Position numbers and translations under genes: made by a program
The notes under the pieces: generated by a model
What the model saw: only the letters and a program-made list of their open reading frames with translations
Database searches by the model: none
What the model was told of the DNA's origin: nothing
In this document: piece after piece, positions 30,196-41,397 of the stretch
Layout: the number at the start of each line of letters is the position of its first letter
Numbering within the stretch: the stretch's first letter is position 1
DNA from: a virus
Lineage: Duplodnaviria; Caudoviricetes
Strand: one strand, 5' to 3'
Virus record (IMG/VR): IMGVR_UViG_3300037067_016777
Location: 64,001 to 128,000 of that record
Length of the DNA stretch: 64,000 nucleotides

Positions 30196-30497
30196 TCTAA
30201 GTATTTAATAGCAACATGATTATTCTCACAAGCATAGATGAAATTATGACCTGTTATCTGAACGGTTTCAGGCTTAGTGAAGAAGCTCAACAGTTAGCTC
30301 AACAGTTAGCTGCAGGCCACGATTCATCTGCAATCTCAAATACATTTTCTGGCAATCAACCCTGGCTAGCTTGGATTATCTAGAGCCTCATTTAATGCTG
30401 TTTTGAAGTCTTTTCTGACGCTTTCCCAATTACATCATTTGGTGCGACGAGATTGTCTCGTTGCGGAGCAAAGATATATAGTAATAGGAGTATGTAT

Positions 30498-31238
30498 ATG
30501 TTGATGACAAGAACACAGCAATCTGGTCGGTACAATCCAAAAATCAGCTTCAATCGCGGCCTCACAGCGCAGACCGGATTTATGCCAGAAGGCACTCAGC
30601 TTCTACAAGACGTTTGGCCACTAAAGATTGTTGATACGAAACAGGTCATCGGCGAGGGTGCCCTTGGCGGCGTCCCTTTGACGCGTGTTACTGGTATCTT
30701 TCAAATCGCAGACGATCTAAATGCTAATGGTCGAATCTATCCGCGACCGGTTGTACGCGAGGCTGTTGAAGCTATTCAAGAAGATCTCAGCAATAGGAGT
30801 GTGTGGGGAGAATTCGACCATCCGGCTGACGCTAAAATACATTTGGAGCGTATCAGCCATCTTCTGACCAAGATATGGATGGAAGGTAAGAATGTCTATG
30901 GTGAAGCGGAAATCATTGATGAGCTTCCGTTTGGCCAGCAATTGAAAACTCTAATTAAGCGTGGCCGTATTGGTATCTCCTCCCGTGGCATTGGAGATAT
31001 GGACGTAAGGGACCAAGGTGGGCAGGAGATATATACTGTCACAGAAGGGTACCGTTTTGTCACTTGGGACGCGGTGGCTGAGCCCAGTGTAACTGGCGCA
31101 ATTTTACATATTTGTGAAGGCAAATTAAAGCCGCTGAATCGCTCGGTCAAACGAGAGATTCCAAAAGGTGTGTTTACAACCGAAGCCTATCAAAAGCGGC
31201 TGGCTAAAGAGATTTCTGAATATCTGCGAAAGAAGTAA
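30498..31238 (+). CDS. Prohead core protease (T4 gp21-like)
   Basis: GIFQ.AD..NANGRIYP, GEFDHP, SH, IGISSRGIG, TWDAVAEPS; AGGAG RBS before ATG 30498. Confidence 0.92.
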   Translation: MLMTRTQQSGRYNPKISFNRGLTAQTGFMPEGTQLLQDVWPLKIVDTKQVIGEGALGGVPLTRVTGIFQIADDLNANGRIYPRPVVREAVEAIQEDLSNRSVWGEFDHPADAKIHLERISHLLTKIWMEGKNVYGEAEIIDELPFGQQLKTLIKRGRIGISSRGIGDMDVRDQGGQEIYTVTEGYRFVTWDAVAEPSVTGAILHICEGKLKPLNRSVKREIPKGVFTTEAYQKRLAKEISEYLRKK

Positions 31239-33003
31239 ATCGCACGAAACATAGCTTTTCGCCGCCATATTTCTTCACATAGCCCTTCGCTTCTGCAAAT
31301 TCATTTTCCGTCATTTTGAGATTTCTCGCCCTTCCGTATAACGTTCTTTTATGCATTACATAGCCTTGTGCGTCTACGTACCAATAATCTGCTGGAACGG
31401 TGTGATGTAATTGGAAATTACTAGCTTTATAAATTCCACCATTATGCCCGACTGTAGTGTCGGCGTACGCAACGACTAATTTGCACTCTATTTGTTTGAG
31501 TGCTCGCTTTATAAACCAACTAGCGAAATTCTTTTTATGATAAGATGGATGAATACACAGCCTGGATAATTCCCTAACTTCTCCGTCGAGCAATCCGAAT
31601 TGTCCTGCCGTGTTCTGTCTTAAAGGCGGACTGAAAACAATAGCGGCTACTAATAAATCATCATCAAAAACTCCAAAAGCCTTACCACCACGGTCTTTAC
31701 CAAGGTAGTGATAAAGGTCCAGAAAAGTTTTTGTTTCTGCACTGTTGATTTCTCGTATAACTAAATCCGAAAATTTAAATTCTTTTGTTTCTATACCAAT
31801 TCCCAGTTTTAATTTAAGCCTATCTAATACTCTGTCCTTACAGTAAAATTCGTGTTCCCAGACATACATTATTTCATGTTCTGGAAAATATTTAGAAATA
31901 TATGTAAACTTACCTCTGTCTCTCCTTTCCATGTCTTCTAGTGCATGCCAGTAATCGCCTTGACATTCAATTAATAGCCTCTTGTTATCATTAATGATCA
32001 AACAATCGAAAACATAATATCCGATTCGTGTTTGCTCGCCCTCTTTATAGTACTCGACGCCTAATTCGTCTAAGTAGAAATATAACATAGATTGGATTGA
32101 AGAAATATGATCAGATTGGGTAGCTCTTACTTTTGCTAACTTTTCTTTTACTTCGTCAGAATTCAAAATTGCTATCATTTTCTTTCTATATTCATCGTTG
32201 CTCCAATTGGCTCTGCCTACTTCTACCATATGCTTCCTATAATCTGGATTAGCCCATCTAGCAGTAGAAGCAGCAGCTATTTTCTCTTTTATTTCTGGAG
32301 AACTAAAAATTACCTGCATTTTCTCTTTATATTCTATGCTGTCATATATAGCCCCCATCTTTTCTCTATGTTCTTGACTTTCCCAACATGCTATAACTGC
32401 AGCAGATAATTTCTCATGAGCCTCTGGCGTATTCATGCCAGCCTTTGTCTTATTGCTATATTCTTCACTCTGCCATAACTCTAATGCTCGTTTTGATAAT
32501 TCATCGGCTCTCTTCGTCCAAGTTGTACTATTAGATTCAGTTACTGCTTTGCGAAATTCTGGTGTCTCCCATAGCTTCTTGGTATTCTCACTAACTGATT
32601 TGGCTATTTGTTGTTTATATTCTTGATTTAACCACTTCTTCTTCATAGAACATGATGAACATGGTCTCGTAGCGTTTGTTTCACTTTCTCCTTTCTTTTT
32701 TCCTTGTGCATATCTCCTGCCGATAAGACGCTCAATACCGCAAACAGGACACTTAACAGATACTTTTGTAGGTTTTTTGGTGGGTTTAGGAAGCGAACTG
32801 ATAATTTTTTGTCTGTATTCTGGTTCTTCCCACTTCTTTTTGGATGATCTACTTAATCCCTCGCAGTTCTTTGCGCGTATTTCTGGATCGGTCCACCGCT
32901 TTTTTAGAGAACACGATGCACAAGGGCGATTTTTATTTCTAGATTGTGCATATTTCTTGCATACTTCTCTCGATTCGCCACAGATTGGACAAGTGATTTG
33001 CAT
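31204..33003 (-). CDS. Homing-endonuclease-like protein: Zn ribbons + W..PEYR repeats + Vsr/DUF559-like nuclease + Mom-like GNAT domain
   Basis: CPICG/CPVCG; repeated KKW..PE(Y/F)R; FDC...LIECQGDYWH..D; RELSRLC..FASWF...VAYAD...GH.GGIYKASNF. Confidence 0.7.
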   Translation of the reverse strand: MQITCPICGESREVCKKYAQSRNKNRPCASCSLKKRWTDPEIRAKNCEGLSRSSKKKWEEPEYRQKIISSLPKPTKKPTKVSVKCPVCGIERLIGRRYAQGKKKGESETNATRPCSSCSMKKKWLNQEYKQQIAKSVSENTKKLWETPEFRKAVTESNSTTWTKRADELSKRALELWQSEEYSNKTKAGMNTPEAHEKLSAAVIACWESQEHREKMGAIYDSIEYKEKMQVIFSSPEIKEKIAAASTARWANPDYRKHMVEVGRANWSNDEYRKKMIAILNSDEVKEKLAKVRATQSDHISSIQSMLYFYLDELGVEYYKEGEQTRIGYYVFDCLIINDNKRLLIECQGDYWHALEDMERRDRGKFTYISKYFPEHEIMYVWEHEFYCKDRVLDRLKLKLGIGIETKEFKFSDLVIREINSAETKTFLDLYHYLGKDRGGKAFGVFDDDLLVAAIVFSPPLRQNTAGQFGLLDGEVRELSRLCIHPSYHKKNFASWFIKRALKQIECKLVVAYADTTVGHNGGIYKASNFQLHHTVPADYWYVDAQGYVMHKRTLYGRARNLKMTENEFAEAKGYVKKYGGEKLCFVRFTSFADIQKSL

Positions 33004-33116
33004 ATAACCTCGATGTGATTTTCATATTATTTACTCACATCTGGATATAAAGCGAACGCTTTATAAATATGGCGGTGAAAAATTATGTTATATTTATCAG
33101 ATGAAATGAGGTCGGT

Positions 33117-33524
33117 ATGAGACTATCATCATTATCGTTGTCGGAATCTATTTTTGATGTTTGGGGTCCAGCTGCATCAGCTAGTCTTCACATAAAATCC
33201 GAGCCGCAGGACGATACTAATTGTCTTGTAGCTTATCGTTTATACATACATGGTAAAGTATTTGCTGCATGGGTTGTATCATTGAATGGGCAACATCTAG
33301 GCACTATATCAAGGTTCCCTTCAAGGTTTGGCGTTAGATGGGAAACCAATTTTGCTACTAAATATGATAAGGATGTGAAACCAGGCTTTGTGCAGATTAT
33401 GACTGCACAAAACCGAAAATATCTTGAAGATATGCTAAAGAAAATGACGCACGAAATAGAGGGAGCTTTATCGGCGAGACGTGCTGATGTCGTCAGACTG
33501 CCAATAGATCCAGCTAAGATTTAA
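33117..33524 (+). CDS. Hypothetical protein
   Basis: GAGG RBS, 135 aa. Confidence 0.55.
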   Translation: MRLSSLSLSESIFDVWGPAASASLHIKSEPQDDTNCLVAYRLYIHGKVFAAWVVSLNGQHLGTISRFPSRFGVRWETNFATKYDKDVKPGFVQIMTAQNRKYLEDMLKKMTHEIEGALSARRADVVRLPIDPAKI

Positions 33525-33586
33525 GCTCTCGCTTGAGTTGTATCATCTTTCTTTTGTATTTAAATACTATTAAATCGGAGGCTTAG

Positions 33587-33835
33587 ATGGGATATAATTA
33601 TTGTAGAAGCTGTGGCTATACGTATAGTAAACCCGGAGTAGGTCGTATAAAGGATCCCAGTGCTCCGTGGTGGGCTTTCTGGCGAATAGTTGTCTGTCCA
33701 GAGTGTGGTGGTGATGGACTTGCGAAACCACCAGGATGGCCAGATAAAGCGGAGATGGCGAGATTAAGACCACCACCGCCACGAGGGTCAGGGGCAATCG
33801 TTCCAGTGCCGCAAAATACCAGCCACTATACATAG
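33587..33835 (+). CDS. Small Zn-finger protein
   Basis: CRSC...CPECGGDG; GGAGG RBS. Confidence 0.55.
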   Translation: MGYNYCRSCGYTYSKPGVGRIKDPSAPWWAFWRIVVCPECGGDGLAKPPGWPDKAEMARLRPPPPRGSGAIVPVPQNTSHYT

Positions 33836-34472
33836 ATTCGTGATGATGTAGAGCATCACGATGGCTGTTCTGACCGTTGCGACTATATCAGCTTCAAAAT
33901 TAGTTGCACCAGATTTCTCACCTAATGCTTTTGCCCAAATGCGCCACAATTTTCTCATAGTTCGGCGATTTGCTCTCTGGTGCTAATATCGCTGGAGACA
34001 ACTTTGTGCGGCTTTAGGCCGTCTATCTTAGCGGAATGGCAGAGACGGCACCGGGCACGCCCACAACCACATGGATGCCTCTTTCTAAACTTGCCGAGAG
34101 GTTTGTGGAATTCACTATTGAATTCGTCGACTCTGTTGAGATATCCAACCCAAACCTTCGATTGGCGTTGCATTATATGGCGTTCTTCTTGCCAACGCTT
34201 CATTTTTTGATTCCTGGTTCGACCTTGAACGTTCCTTGTGGTAGATCGGCGAATCTGCGGTGTCGCTTCCATGAATTGTGCATACTTCCAACTTGCACAT
34301 CAGTTTTCATAGAATGGACTGCTATGACAAGCCATCCGTCATCCCAACCGTCCTGTTTCTTTAGACGGATGATCAGGCCGACTTGAGCGAATTTAGACGG
34401 AATCCACGAAACTTCTCTGCGGCCATCGCTGCGGTGCTCTAGCTCGCACTGATGATAAGTTATCGTGTTGAC

Positions 34473-34667
34473 TTACTCGTCCTCCTCATCTGGGTCGTCA
34501 TCTTCGTCCCAATCCTCGTCGTCATCTTCGTCCCAATCTTCGTCGTCGTAGTCATCTTCGTCGTCGTAGTCATCTTCGTCATCTTCGCACTCGTCGTCAT
34601 CAATATCGATATCGTCGTCGAGTTCGTCCGTCACTTTTGGCAGCAATTTCATTAACATGGTAAACAC
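34473..34667 (-). CDS. Very acidic low-complexity small protein
   Basis: DDEDDY/DDDEDWDE tandem repeats; GGAG upstream of MLMK. Confidence 0.55.
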   Translation of the reverse strand: MFTMLMKLLPKVTDELDDDIDIDDDECEDDEDDYDDEDDYDDEDWDEDDDEDWDEDDDPDEEDE

Positions 34668-35736
34668 TCCGAGATAAATGGTTACTGACTAAAGTTTCAT
34701 TGAAACACAGCTACTTGCGGCAATCAATATCCCTCAAGCGAGCACGTAGATTATTCTCGGCTTCTTCAGGTGTCTTGCCTTCGGCGTTGACAATCCATCT
34801 CTTACCCGGCTCAGTGCGTTCTGCTATCGCACAAAACGGTAGAAATGGTGGGCAACATCTCTGTTGAAATACTCTTATTTCCCAGTGGTGTTCAGCCATC
34901 GGGCTTCCAACTCTTCGAGCTCTTTATGCGTTTTGACCTTGTCGAGATCTAGGAGAAATTGCCCGAATTCAAACACACGCATATTCTTTGCTTTGTCTGA
35001 TTCCGCCCAGTTCCGACGAATATCCGCTTTCCTTGATGAAAGTGTTTTCTCTGCTACCAATCCCATCACGCGATATCCTGCTGCATTTCGACATAAGACG
35101 CTATTCGGTTGTACAACTGCTCTGCTCTAGTCGCCCCGATTCCGGGCGGCAGATTGATGCCGTCTAGAAGCATATGGCACTTGCTGATATACTCCAATTC
35201 GACCATAATCCTGTCGGCGGTCTCACGCCATGGTGTGACGTCAGCCATAACAAACACTCCTTTGTATATTATTTGAGGATCACAAGCTGTTTGAAAACCA
35301 AGATTAGCGGGTTAGCCGTCCTGTCATCTGGGACGATAGAGACGACCAGAAATATCTCTTTCTTTGTGTTCATATAGAGAGTAGCATGAGAGGTTGTGTC
35401 TGTTGGAATTCTGACAGCTACCTCGTCGGGGGGAATCAGTTTTGTGGCATCTGGCCAGTTGATTTGTGAAATGAAGGATAATTTCTTATCTCGAGCCCAT
35501 AGCATGAACTCTGCGTTGGTGAATAACTGCATACTTCTCTCCGCTTTTCTCTGCGTTTCTTTGTTGCTCTGGCTTCGGACGCCTCGCTGTATCTACCGGG
35601 CGCAAGAGGCCAAAGAAAACATACCGGAACGTATCCGAAGCTTAAATACGTCGTCTTTGGTCGCTTTATAGCACCAGTTAACAGAACGCTTAACTCGTGC
35701 TATAATTCATAGGAGAGATTATGGACTTCTGGTAAT

Positions 35737-36081
35737 ATGTATTTCACTACCTGTGACTACAGGGGATCGAACAAGTACAAACAATCCAGGATTACGATGA
35801 GCAGCAAGAAAGCACGGCAGAATAAAAAAGAGCAAGCAAAGGACAAAACCTTGGCATACAAAGTCTTGAAAGCTTCCCAAATTGAGCAGCCAGTCACACC
35901 GGAGAAGCAAGCCTATCTCGACCGGTGCGAAAAGCGCAAAAAAGTGTTGGAGAAACTCGCGAAACGCCGACCTATTGAGAAGGTCAGGACCTATGCACCA
36001 CCAGTTAAGGGTGAGGCACCGTTCGCCTATATGGTCGAGAGAGGGCCGAAAAAAAGTGAGCAAGAAAACCCAACAGAGTGA
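35737..36081 (+). CDS. Basic hypothetical protein
   Basis: Downstream of the promoter motif at 35695. Confidence 0.45.
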   Translation: MYFTTCDYRGSNKYKQSRITMSSKKARQNKKEQAKDKTLAYKVLKASQIEQPVTPEKQAYLDRCEKRKKVLEKLAKRRPIEKVRTYAPPVKGEAPFAYMVERGPKKSEQENPTE

Positions 36082-36814
36082 TGCTGATTGGGCGACTGAT
36101 TGTAAAGGTCACGTTATGGCTGCGAATAAATGGTATGTTATTGAAACGGCCTGCTACCCCAATTCATGGAAGGTTGTCAACGACTATTATCGTCCAGATA
36201 ATGCGACTTGTGAGTATTTTCCGAGCTATAGTAAAGCTCAGGACGAAGCCGACGAACGAAATAAGCGCGAACTGACTTTTGCAGAAGCTATTGAGGCTAT
36301 CGAGAGGGGTTATCACAAGGTTGCACGACATGTTATGCCCACGCTGCGCTAGTAGGCTGCGTCAACTACCTGATGGGTCTATGCTGTGTTGGAAGTGCGA
36401 ATTGCATCGCAAACCGGCAGACAAAGTACTTGTAAGGCCAGATACGCAACATTGGATCATTAAGCGTAACTTGGCTCGTGTATCGCCAGGTAGTGAAGTT
36501 GAAATACACACATGTGGTTATGTGTTATCTGGTGCCTTCGGTGCGTTCAAGGGATCTGTTGATTTAGCATTGAAATCTAAAACAGGATTTGTGATCGCTA
36601 CGTCAAAGGACATTGAAGACTTAGCTTTGCTGATCGTTGAAAACGATTGGTACGCAGAAGGCCCTGAATCATTGCTTGCTGCAATAGATATACTCTCGTA
36701 GTATTAAAAGCCACAACTTCATTCTGGGTCACTCTAGACCCATATTAATTGCAAACTTTATATGTGGTTAGACACATTTTTAATTGACTAACATATTCTA
36801 ACTGGGGTATTCAG

Positions 36815-37579
36815 ATGGCACCTGCGAGCAAACACGAAGATTGCCCATTCAAAGACATAGTATTTTCCGATAAACCAGCTGCAGCCGTAGAGCCAGATCA
36901 TAGAATGGATACACGCGTTGGGCGATTAGAGGGTGTTGTTGAATCGCTGACTCGCGATATTCAAGAAGTTTCCCAAAATATTAGTATGATGGGAAAGGAA
37001 ATGGGAAGCTTCAGGGAGATGATTGGCGACACCCTCACAAGAATGCGAGAGGGATTCACCGCTCAAATCGAATCAGTTACCGATCGCCTCACTACCTCTG
37101 CTAAACCGCAATGGCAAAGTATTTTCGCTTTTGTGGCTATGGGCCTTACTGTGTTAGGTATGGCGGGTGCTGTTGTTGGAATGTTATTTAGCGGCCAGGC
37201 AGCCAATGTAGATCGCCTACAAAACGATACAGCTATTATTACTGAAAGGATGTTCGCATCTCAATATGAAAAAGGTAAAGCAGACGCCTTTGCTGCTGAG
37301 ACCAGCAGTCATTTAATCAAGTTGGACACAACTCTCCAACGAGAGATGGCTCTAATGCAACAAACTACTGATTCTAAGATAACATCTACTGATAATAATG
37401 TAAATGGATATATCGACAAAGTCCAAGAAGCCTTAAAGGATTTTCGCGCTTGGCGTTTGGAGCATGCGTCAGAAGGTGCAAAGATTGACGCTACATTAGC
37501 AGCAAAACAAGAAATAGTGTTTGAAAGATTGAAAAATTTAGAGAATAAAATAGATCTTTCAAACCAAAAAGCAAAATAA
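36815..37579 (+). CDS. Coiled-coil protein with a central transmembrane helix
   Basis: IFAFVAMGLTVLGMAGAVVGMLF TM segment flanked by heptad-rich regions. Confidence 0.7.
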   Translation: MAPASKHEDCPFKDIVFSDKPAAAVEPDHRMDTRVGRLEGVVESLTRDIQEVSQNISMMGKEMGSFREMIGDTLTRMREGFTAQIESVTDRLTTSAKPQWQSIFAFVAMGLTVLGMAGAVVGMLFSGQAANVDRLQNDTAIITERMFASQYEKGKADAFAAETSSHLIKLDTTLQREMALMQQTTDSKITSTDNNVNGYIDKVQEALKDFRAWRLEHASEGAKIDATLAAKQEIVFERLKNLENKIDLSNQKAK

Positions 37580-37586
37580 TATCTAT

Positions 37587-38330
37587 TTAGCGACCGTCTC
37601 GCACCTCTAATATCTTCTGTACCATTGGCCAAATTTTAATCTCACTATTTTTGAGGGTTGGCTCGGAAGATAGTTTGTGCAATTCTTGCTCGAACAACGA
37701 TTGATCTATAGCACCATTTCGCCAAGAATCTACTAATTTATAGAGCTTAGGCATTATCGAACCATTTATATCTTGGTGCTCGATTAATCTAATGTCCGCC
37801 TTACGTCCTTCTAATTCCTTCACGCTTCTGCTTGGCCTATGCCGAATTCTTGTATCAAAATCCGGAAGATCTGGCTCTTCTATATTACTATCTGGAATTT
37901 GTGTAGTGTTTTCTGGATCGTCTGAAATTTGTGCATTTGTTAAGGGGCTGAAATCTATTGGCTGCTGCTGACCATCATCACTTATTGCCGGTTTAGTTAT
38001 ACCATCTATTTGATCGTCGCCAAAATCATCCCAATCACCAGGCAATATATTCAGAACGTATCCTTCAGTTATTGCAGGAATCCAATAATTGCCATCTTTA
38101 TCAGAATACTCATGAAACATATATAATTTATCTGAATTTAATAGATCTAAAAATTCGTAATATTCAACAATGACATTTTGTTCTTTGCAAAATGTCGAGA
38201 ATGATTCATAGTAAATATTATTATTGTTTGATATGAATTGTCGGAGCAATTGCTCCGGTGATATATCAAAGGAATCAGTAATTAGCGATGCGATAGTCTT
38301 TGGATTATTCAAGGTTGCGTCTCCTATCAA
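37587..38330 (-). CDS. Hypothetical acidic protein
   Basis: 247-aa ORF. Confidence 0.55.
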   Translation of the reverse strand: MIGDATLNNPKTIASLITDSFDISPEQLLRQFISNNNNIYYESFSTFCKEQNVIVEYYEFLDLLNSDKLYMFHEYSDKDGNYWIPAITEGYVLNILPGDWDDFGDDQIDGITKPAISDDGQQQPIDFSPLTNAQISDDPENTTQIPDSNIEEPDLPDFDTRIRHRPSRSVKELEGRKADIRLIEHQDINGSIMPKLYKLVDSWRNGAIDQSLFEQELHKLSSEPTLKNSEIKIWPMVQKILEVRDGR

Positions 38331-38363
38331 TATATTTTAGCAAAAGATATTGATGAGGTAATA

Positions 38364-38627
38364 ATGGCAGATATACTCACTAATGTAAATTCATTTCTAG
38401 CAGATCTTATGACTCGTCGTGGAGCCATAACGGCATCAGGGAATGCAAATCGTTTGGGTATTGAGCTAAACGGTGGTCGAATTATTGAAATGACACCGTT
38501 TGAACCTGATGCTGCGACTTATCGCAATTGGTATTATTATAATACTATGAGTAATGTATTGATGCGCAAAATAATTGTTAGCTCAAAGCCTGTGGTGGTT
38601 GCTTATTGGAAGCAAATCAGCAATTAG
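38364..38627 (+). CDS. Hypothetical protein
   Basis: GAGGT RBS, 87 aa. Confidence 0.55.
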   Translation: MADILTNVNSFLADLMTRRGAITASGNANRLGIELNGGRIIEMTPFEPDAATYRNWYYYNTMSNVLMRKIIVSSKPVVVAYWKQISN

Positions 38628-39345
38628 TTCTCGTCCACGGCCAAGTTCTAATATACTCTTCAAGTTCTCGGCGATTCATCGCATTAACTTTCTCAGATTC
38701 TAGTTTGTTTTGAGCATAGTGTGGATTCTCTATACCAGAGTCTTTATTTCTAGGATGTTCCGCGTGATAAAGAACACCATCGATCCTACCTATCTTATAT
38801 CCTAATGTAGTCCAGCGACTAAATCGCTCAATATCTTCACATCCCCAAGAAACGCAATTTTCGTTCTCCATACCAGCATCAATAAATGCCGATCTACGAC
38901 ACAAGATACTACCACCGAGAGATGTTAGTAATTCTTCACCACCCCATGCTATTGGAGGTTCAGAGTACCTGGTAGCCCATCGCCAAATAGTATATGGATA
39001 ACAAAAGTCGAGCGAGCAATCCAACATCTGATCTTTAGCATTGTTGAATTGTTGTTGGGCAATAAAAACATCAACGTCATGTAATACTACGATCGAGCAG
39101 TCTACAGCCATTAAGGCCATTTGATTTAGAAGCCGCGTGCGATGGAATATACCAGATTGTATGAATTGATAATGGATCTTATCAATTAAACTGTCAATTA
39201 CTTCTGGTGCCTTTTGGGTTGTATCGCATTCATATAGATATACTACTGCATCGAATGATAATAGATAATGTAATTGATCAAGAAGATTTCGTTCGCGTTC
39301 TGGGCATTCGATTGATATAGGTATTAAAAAAGCAATATTCTTCAT
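38617..39345 (-). CDS. Glycosyltransferase (GT2/GT7-C galactosyltransferase-like)
   Basis: ERERNL, FHRTRLLN, LHDVDV, GMENE..SWGCED.ER, LYHAEH. Confidence 0.8.
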   Translation of the reverse strand: MKNIAFLIPISIECPERERNLLDQLHYLLSFDAVVYLYECDTTQKAPEVIDSLIDKIHYQFIQSGIFHRTRLLNQMALMAVDCSIVVLHDVDVFIAQQQFNNAKDQMLDCSLDFCYPYTIWRWATRYSEPPIAWGGEELLTSLGGSILCRRSAFIDAGMENENCVSWGCEDIERFSRWTTLGYKIGRIDGVLYHAEHPRNKDSGIENPHYAQNKLESEKVNAMNRRELEEYIRTWPWTRTNC

Positions 39346-39959
39346 AACTCGGGCACTGGATTGGCTACTACACCACGGCTTGGGGCTACATCTGGCCGCA
39401 TATGGTGCCCTATTACAACGTCATTTGTGTTATATCCAGAATATATAGCTACATTGTATGAATTCGGCAACATGACCATGCGTGGTCGGCTATGAGGAGA
39501 TGAAGTATATAATTTATGTAATGCTACTTCATCTACATCTTGTCCTGTGCGTTGTTTCCATAATTCAATGAATGGAAGAGCACTTGGTGTGAAGTATAAT
39601 GTCCCCGTTAACCAATGACCAGTCACAGACGCTAATGCCATCTCACAATTGATATTCTCAAATATGTTCGGATACGCAAATATTTCAGCATCAGCGTCAA
39701 GCCAAAGTAGCGGCCGGTTTAGTTTTTTCAATAGCTGTTGAATGACGACTATTTTTGTTGCACAACCAGCATCCCACCCACCTTGTGGTTCTAATGGTAA
39801 AACTAAATGCGATAAATCGAATTTTATGCAACTACGCACTAGTCGTGTCGCACACCGTTTATAGTAATCACCAAGATGACTTGATATAGTATAGGCAGTA
39901 ACTATTAATGGAAATTTTCTCTTGGCGGACAGCGTGTCGATCATGGTATCAAAAATCAT
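39342..39959 (-). CDS. Nucleotide-diphospho-sugar transferase-like protein
   Basis: W...C.TK...I, LLWLDADA (DxD), TGTLYF, W, DE..L, LP.SYN. Confidence 0.7.
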   Translation of the reverse strand: MIFDTMIDTLSAKRKFPLIVTAYTISSHLGDYYKRCATRLVRSCIKFDLSHLVLPLEPQGGWDAGCATKIVVIQQLLKKLNRPLLWLDADAEIFAYPNIFENINCEMALASVTGHWLTGTLYFTPSALPFIELWKQRTGQDVDEVALHKLYTSSPHSRPRMVMLPNSYNVAIYSGYNTNDVVIGHHMRPDVAPSRGVVANPVPEL

Positions 39960-39967
39960 CTAGTAAT

Positions 39968-40588
39968 ATGCAAAACTTCTTCGACCATATTTACGTATTA
40001 AATTTGGATAGACGCCCAGACAGGTGGGCTAATATCCAAAAGCAGCTTGGGCAAGTTTGCGTTTCAAAAGCTATCCGGTTTTCTGCAATTGATAAGAAAC
40101 CAGGTTGGATTGGGTGTTTCGATTCACATTTGGCGATGCTCCAAAAGGCTCTTGATGCTAAAGCGCGGAATGTTCTTATCCTAGAAGATGATGCAGAATT
40201 GTATACAGACTGGACATCTATCTGGCAAGCTAGTAGCAGACAAATCAATCCAGACTGGGATATGTTGTATCTTGGGTATAACTTGAATCCAGAAGCTAAT
40301 ATACCGCCGCCGTTTATTACGCCTAATCTATTGCACTTAAACGATGCTCTCACAACGCATGCATATGCTGTGAATGGTAAGTGCCTCGAAGGTTTGGTAC
40401 GACATATAATGGCATATATCGGCCAGAATACTCCAATCGATCTTGTTTACAATAAACTCTTTGGCCAAATCAAAGCGTATGGTGTATACCCAATGCTCTT
40501 CTATCAGGCAGTTGGATTTTCTGACATATTAGGATGCGAGTCTAATTTTAATTTTAGACAGAACGTTGATCATGTACTAAATAAATAA
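39968..40588 (+). CDS. Glycosyltransferase family 25
   Basis: YVLNLDRRPDRW, RFSAID, GCFDSH, LILEDDA, WDMLYLG, TTHAYAVN. Confidence 0.88.
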   Translation: MQNFFDHIYVLNLDRRPDRWANIQKQLGQVCVSKAIRFSAIDKKPGWIGCFDSHLAMLQKALDAKARNVLILEDDAELYTDWTSIWQASSRQINPDWDMLYLGYNLNPEANIPPPFITPNLLHLNDALTTHAYAVNGKCLEGLVRHIMAYIGQNTPIDLVYNKLFGQIKAYGVYPMLFYQAVGFSDILGCESNFNFRQNVDHVLNK

Positions 40589-41397
40589 GGATAATGTTCA
40601 AATATCCAATCCTCGGCAACGCGATATTGACGTTGCTTATAGAAATTATCTTGTATTTGCCGCACACGATTATTATATAATGCAGGTGAGAGATTGGCTA
40701 TAATTTTGTTTAATTCATCTAGATTATCAAATGCCAAGATGCCGCCAGCGTCAAAATATTGTCCGATGTTTTTTGTGCCCCAGTAAATCGGAATGGTACC
40801 AACAGCGAAGCAATCAATCAGCTTCTCTGTAAAATAGTCGTCGATTTGTGAGTTTTCAACAATAACCGAAAACATAAAATCAAGTAATGCTTCTTCTTTG
40901 TACTCTAATATCTTATATTGAGAGCCAAAAGTAGCTATCTCCGGATGGTGACTAACAATCGCATGCCGTAGTTGATGTCCAGGTAATTGCGTTTTATCTG
41001 ACACTATAATTGAAACTAATTGTTTCTTTTCATGCACACCGACAATCGACTGACGATTGCGCTGATCTCCTGGCCCTTGCATCCAGCAACCACCATATGG
41101 ATAAAACAGTATCTTACTTCCATCAACTAATCGTCGATCGTATGTCAAAATATAGTCGAATCGCTCTAAGTGCTTTTGTACATAATCATAAGTTGTTGGA
41201 TTTATAGTTGGAGGTTCCAATAACCAAGCTATCTTTTTATCTGATTGCACATTTACGACATCATTGAGACAAAGGTCTGTAAAGAAACAAATTTTATTCT
41301 GTCCAGTTCGACACCAGTTGAAATATTTCGGCACATTCCATCCGCTCGACGAAAAGACATGAGCAAAATTAGCATCACGTAAACCAATTTGAAGCAT
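40570..41397 (-). CDS. Glycosyltransferase family 10-like (fucosyltransferase-type)
   Basis: FMFSVIVENS...YFTEKLIDCF..GTIPIYWG; ATG at 41397 preferred (ORF extends to 41442). Confidence 0.8.
   Translation of the reverse strand: MLQIGLRDANFAHVFSSSGWNVPKYFNWCRTGQNKICFFTDLCLNDVVNVQSDKKIAWLLEPPTINPTTYDYVQKHLERFDYILTYDRRLVDGSKILFYPYGGCWMQGPGDQRNRQSIVGVHEKKQLVSIIVSDKTQLPGHQLRHAIVSHHPEIATFGSQYKILEYKEEALLDFMFSVIVENSQIDDYFTEKLIDCFAVGTIPIYWGTKNIGQYFDAGGILAFDNLDELNKIIANLSPALYNNRVRQIQDNFYKQRQYRVAEDWIFEHYPYLFST

Noticed and set aside
34480-34625. CRISPR array in the repeats here or at 3076-3152
   Set aside because: Repeats are head-to-tail, in multiples of 3, with no unique spacers; no cas genes seen
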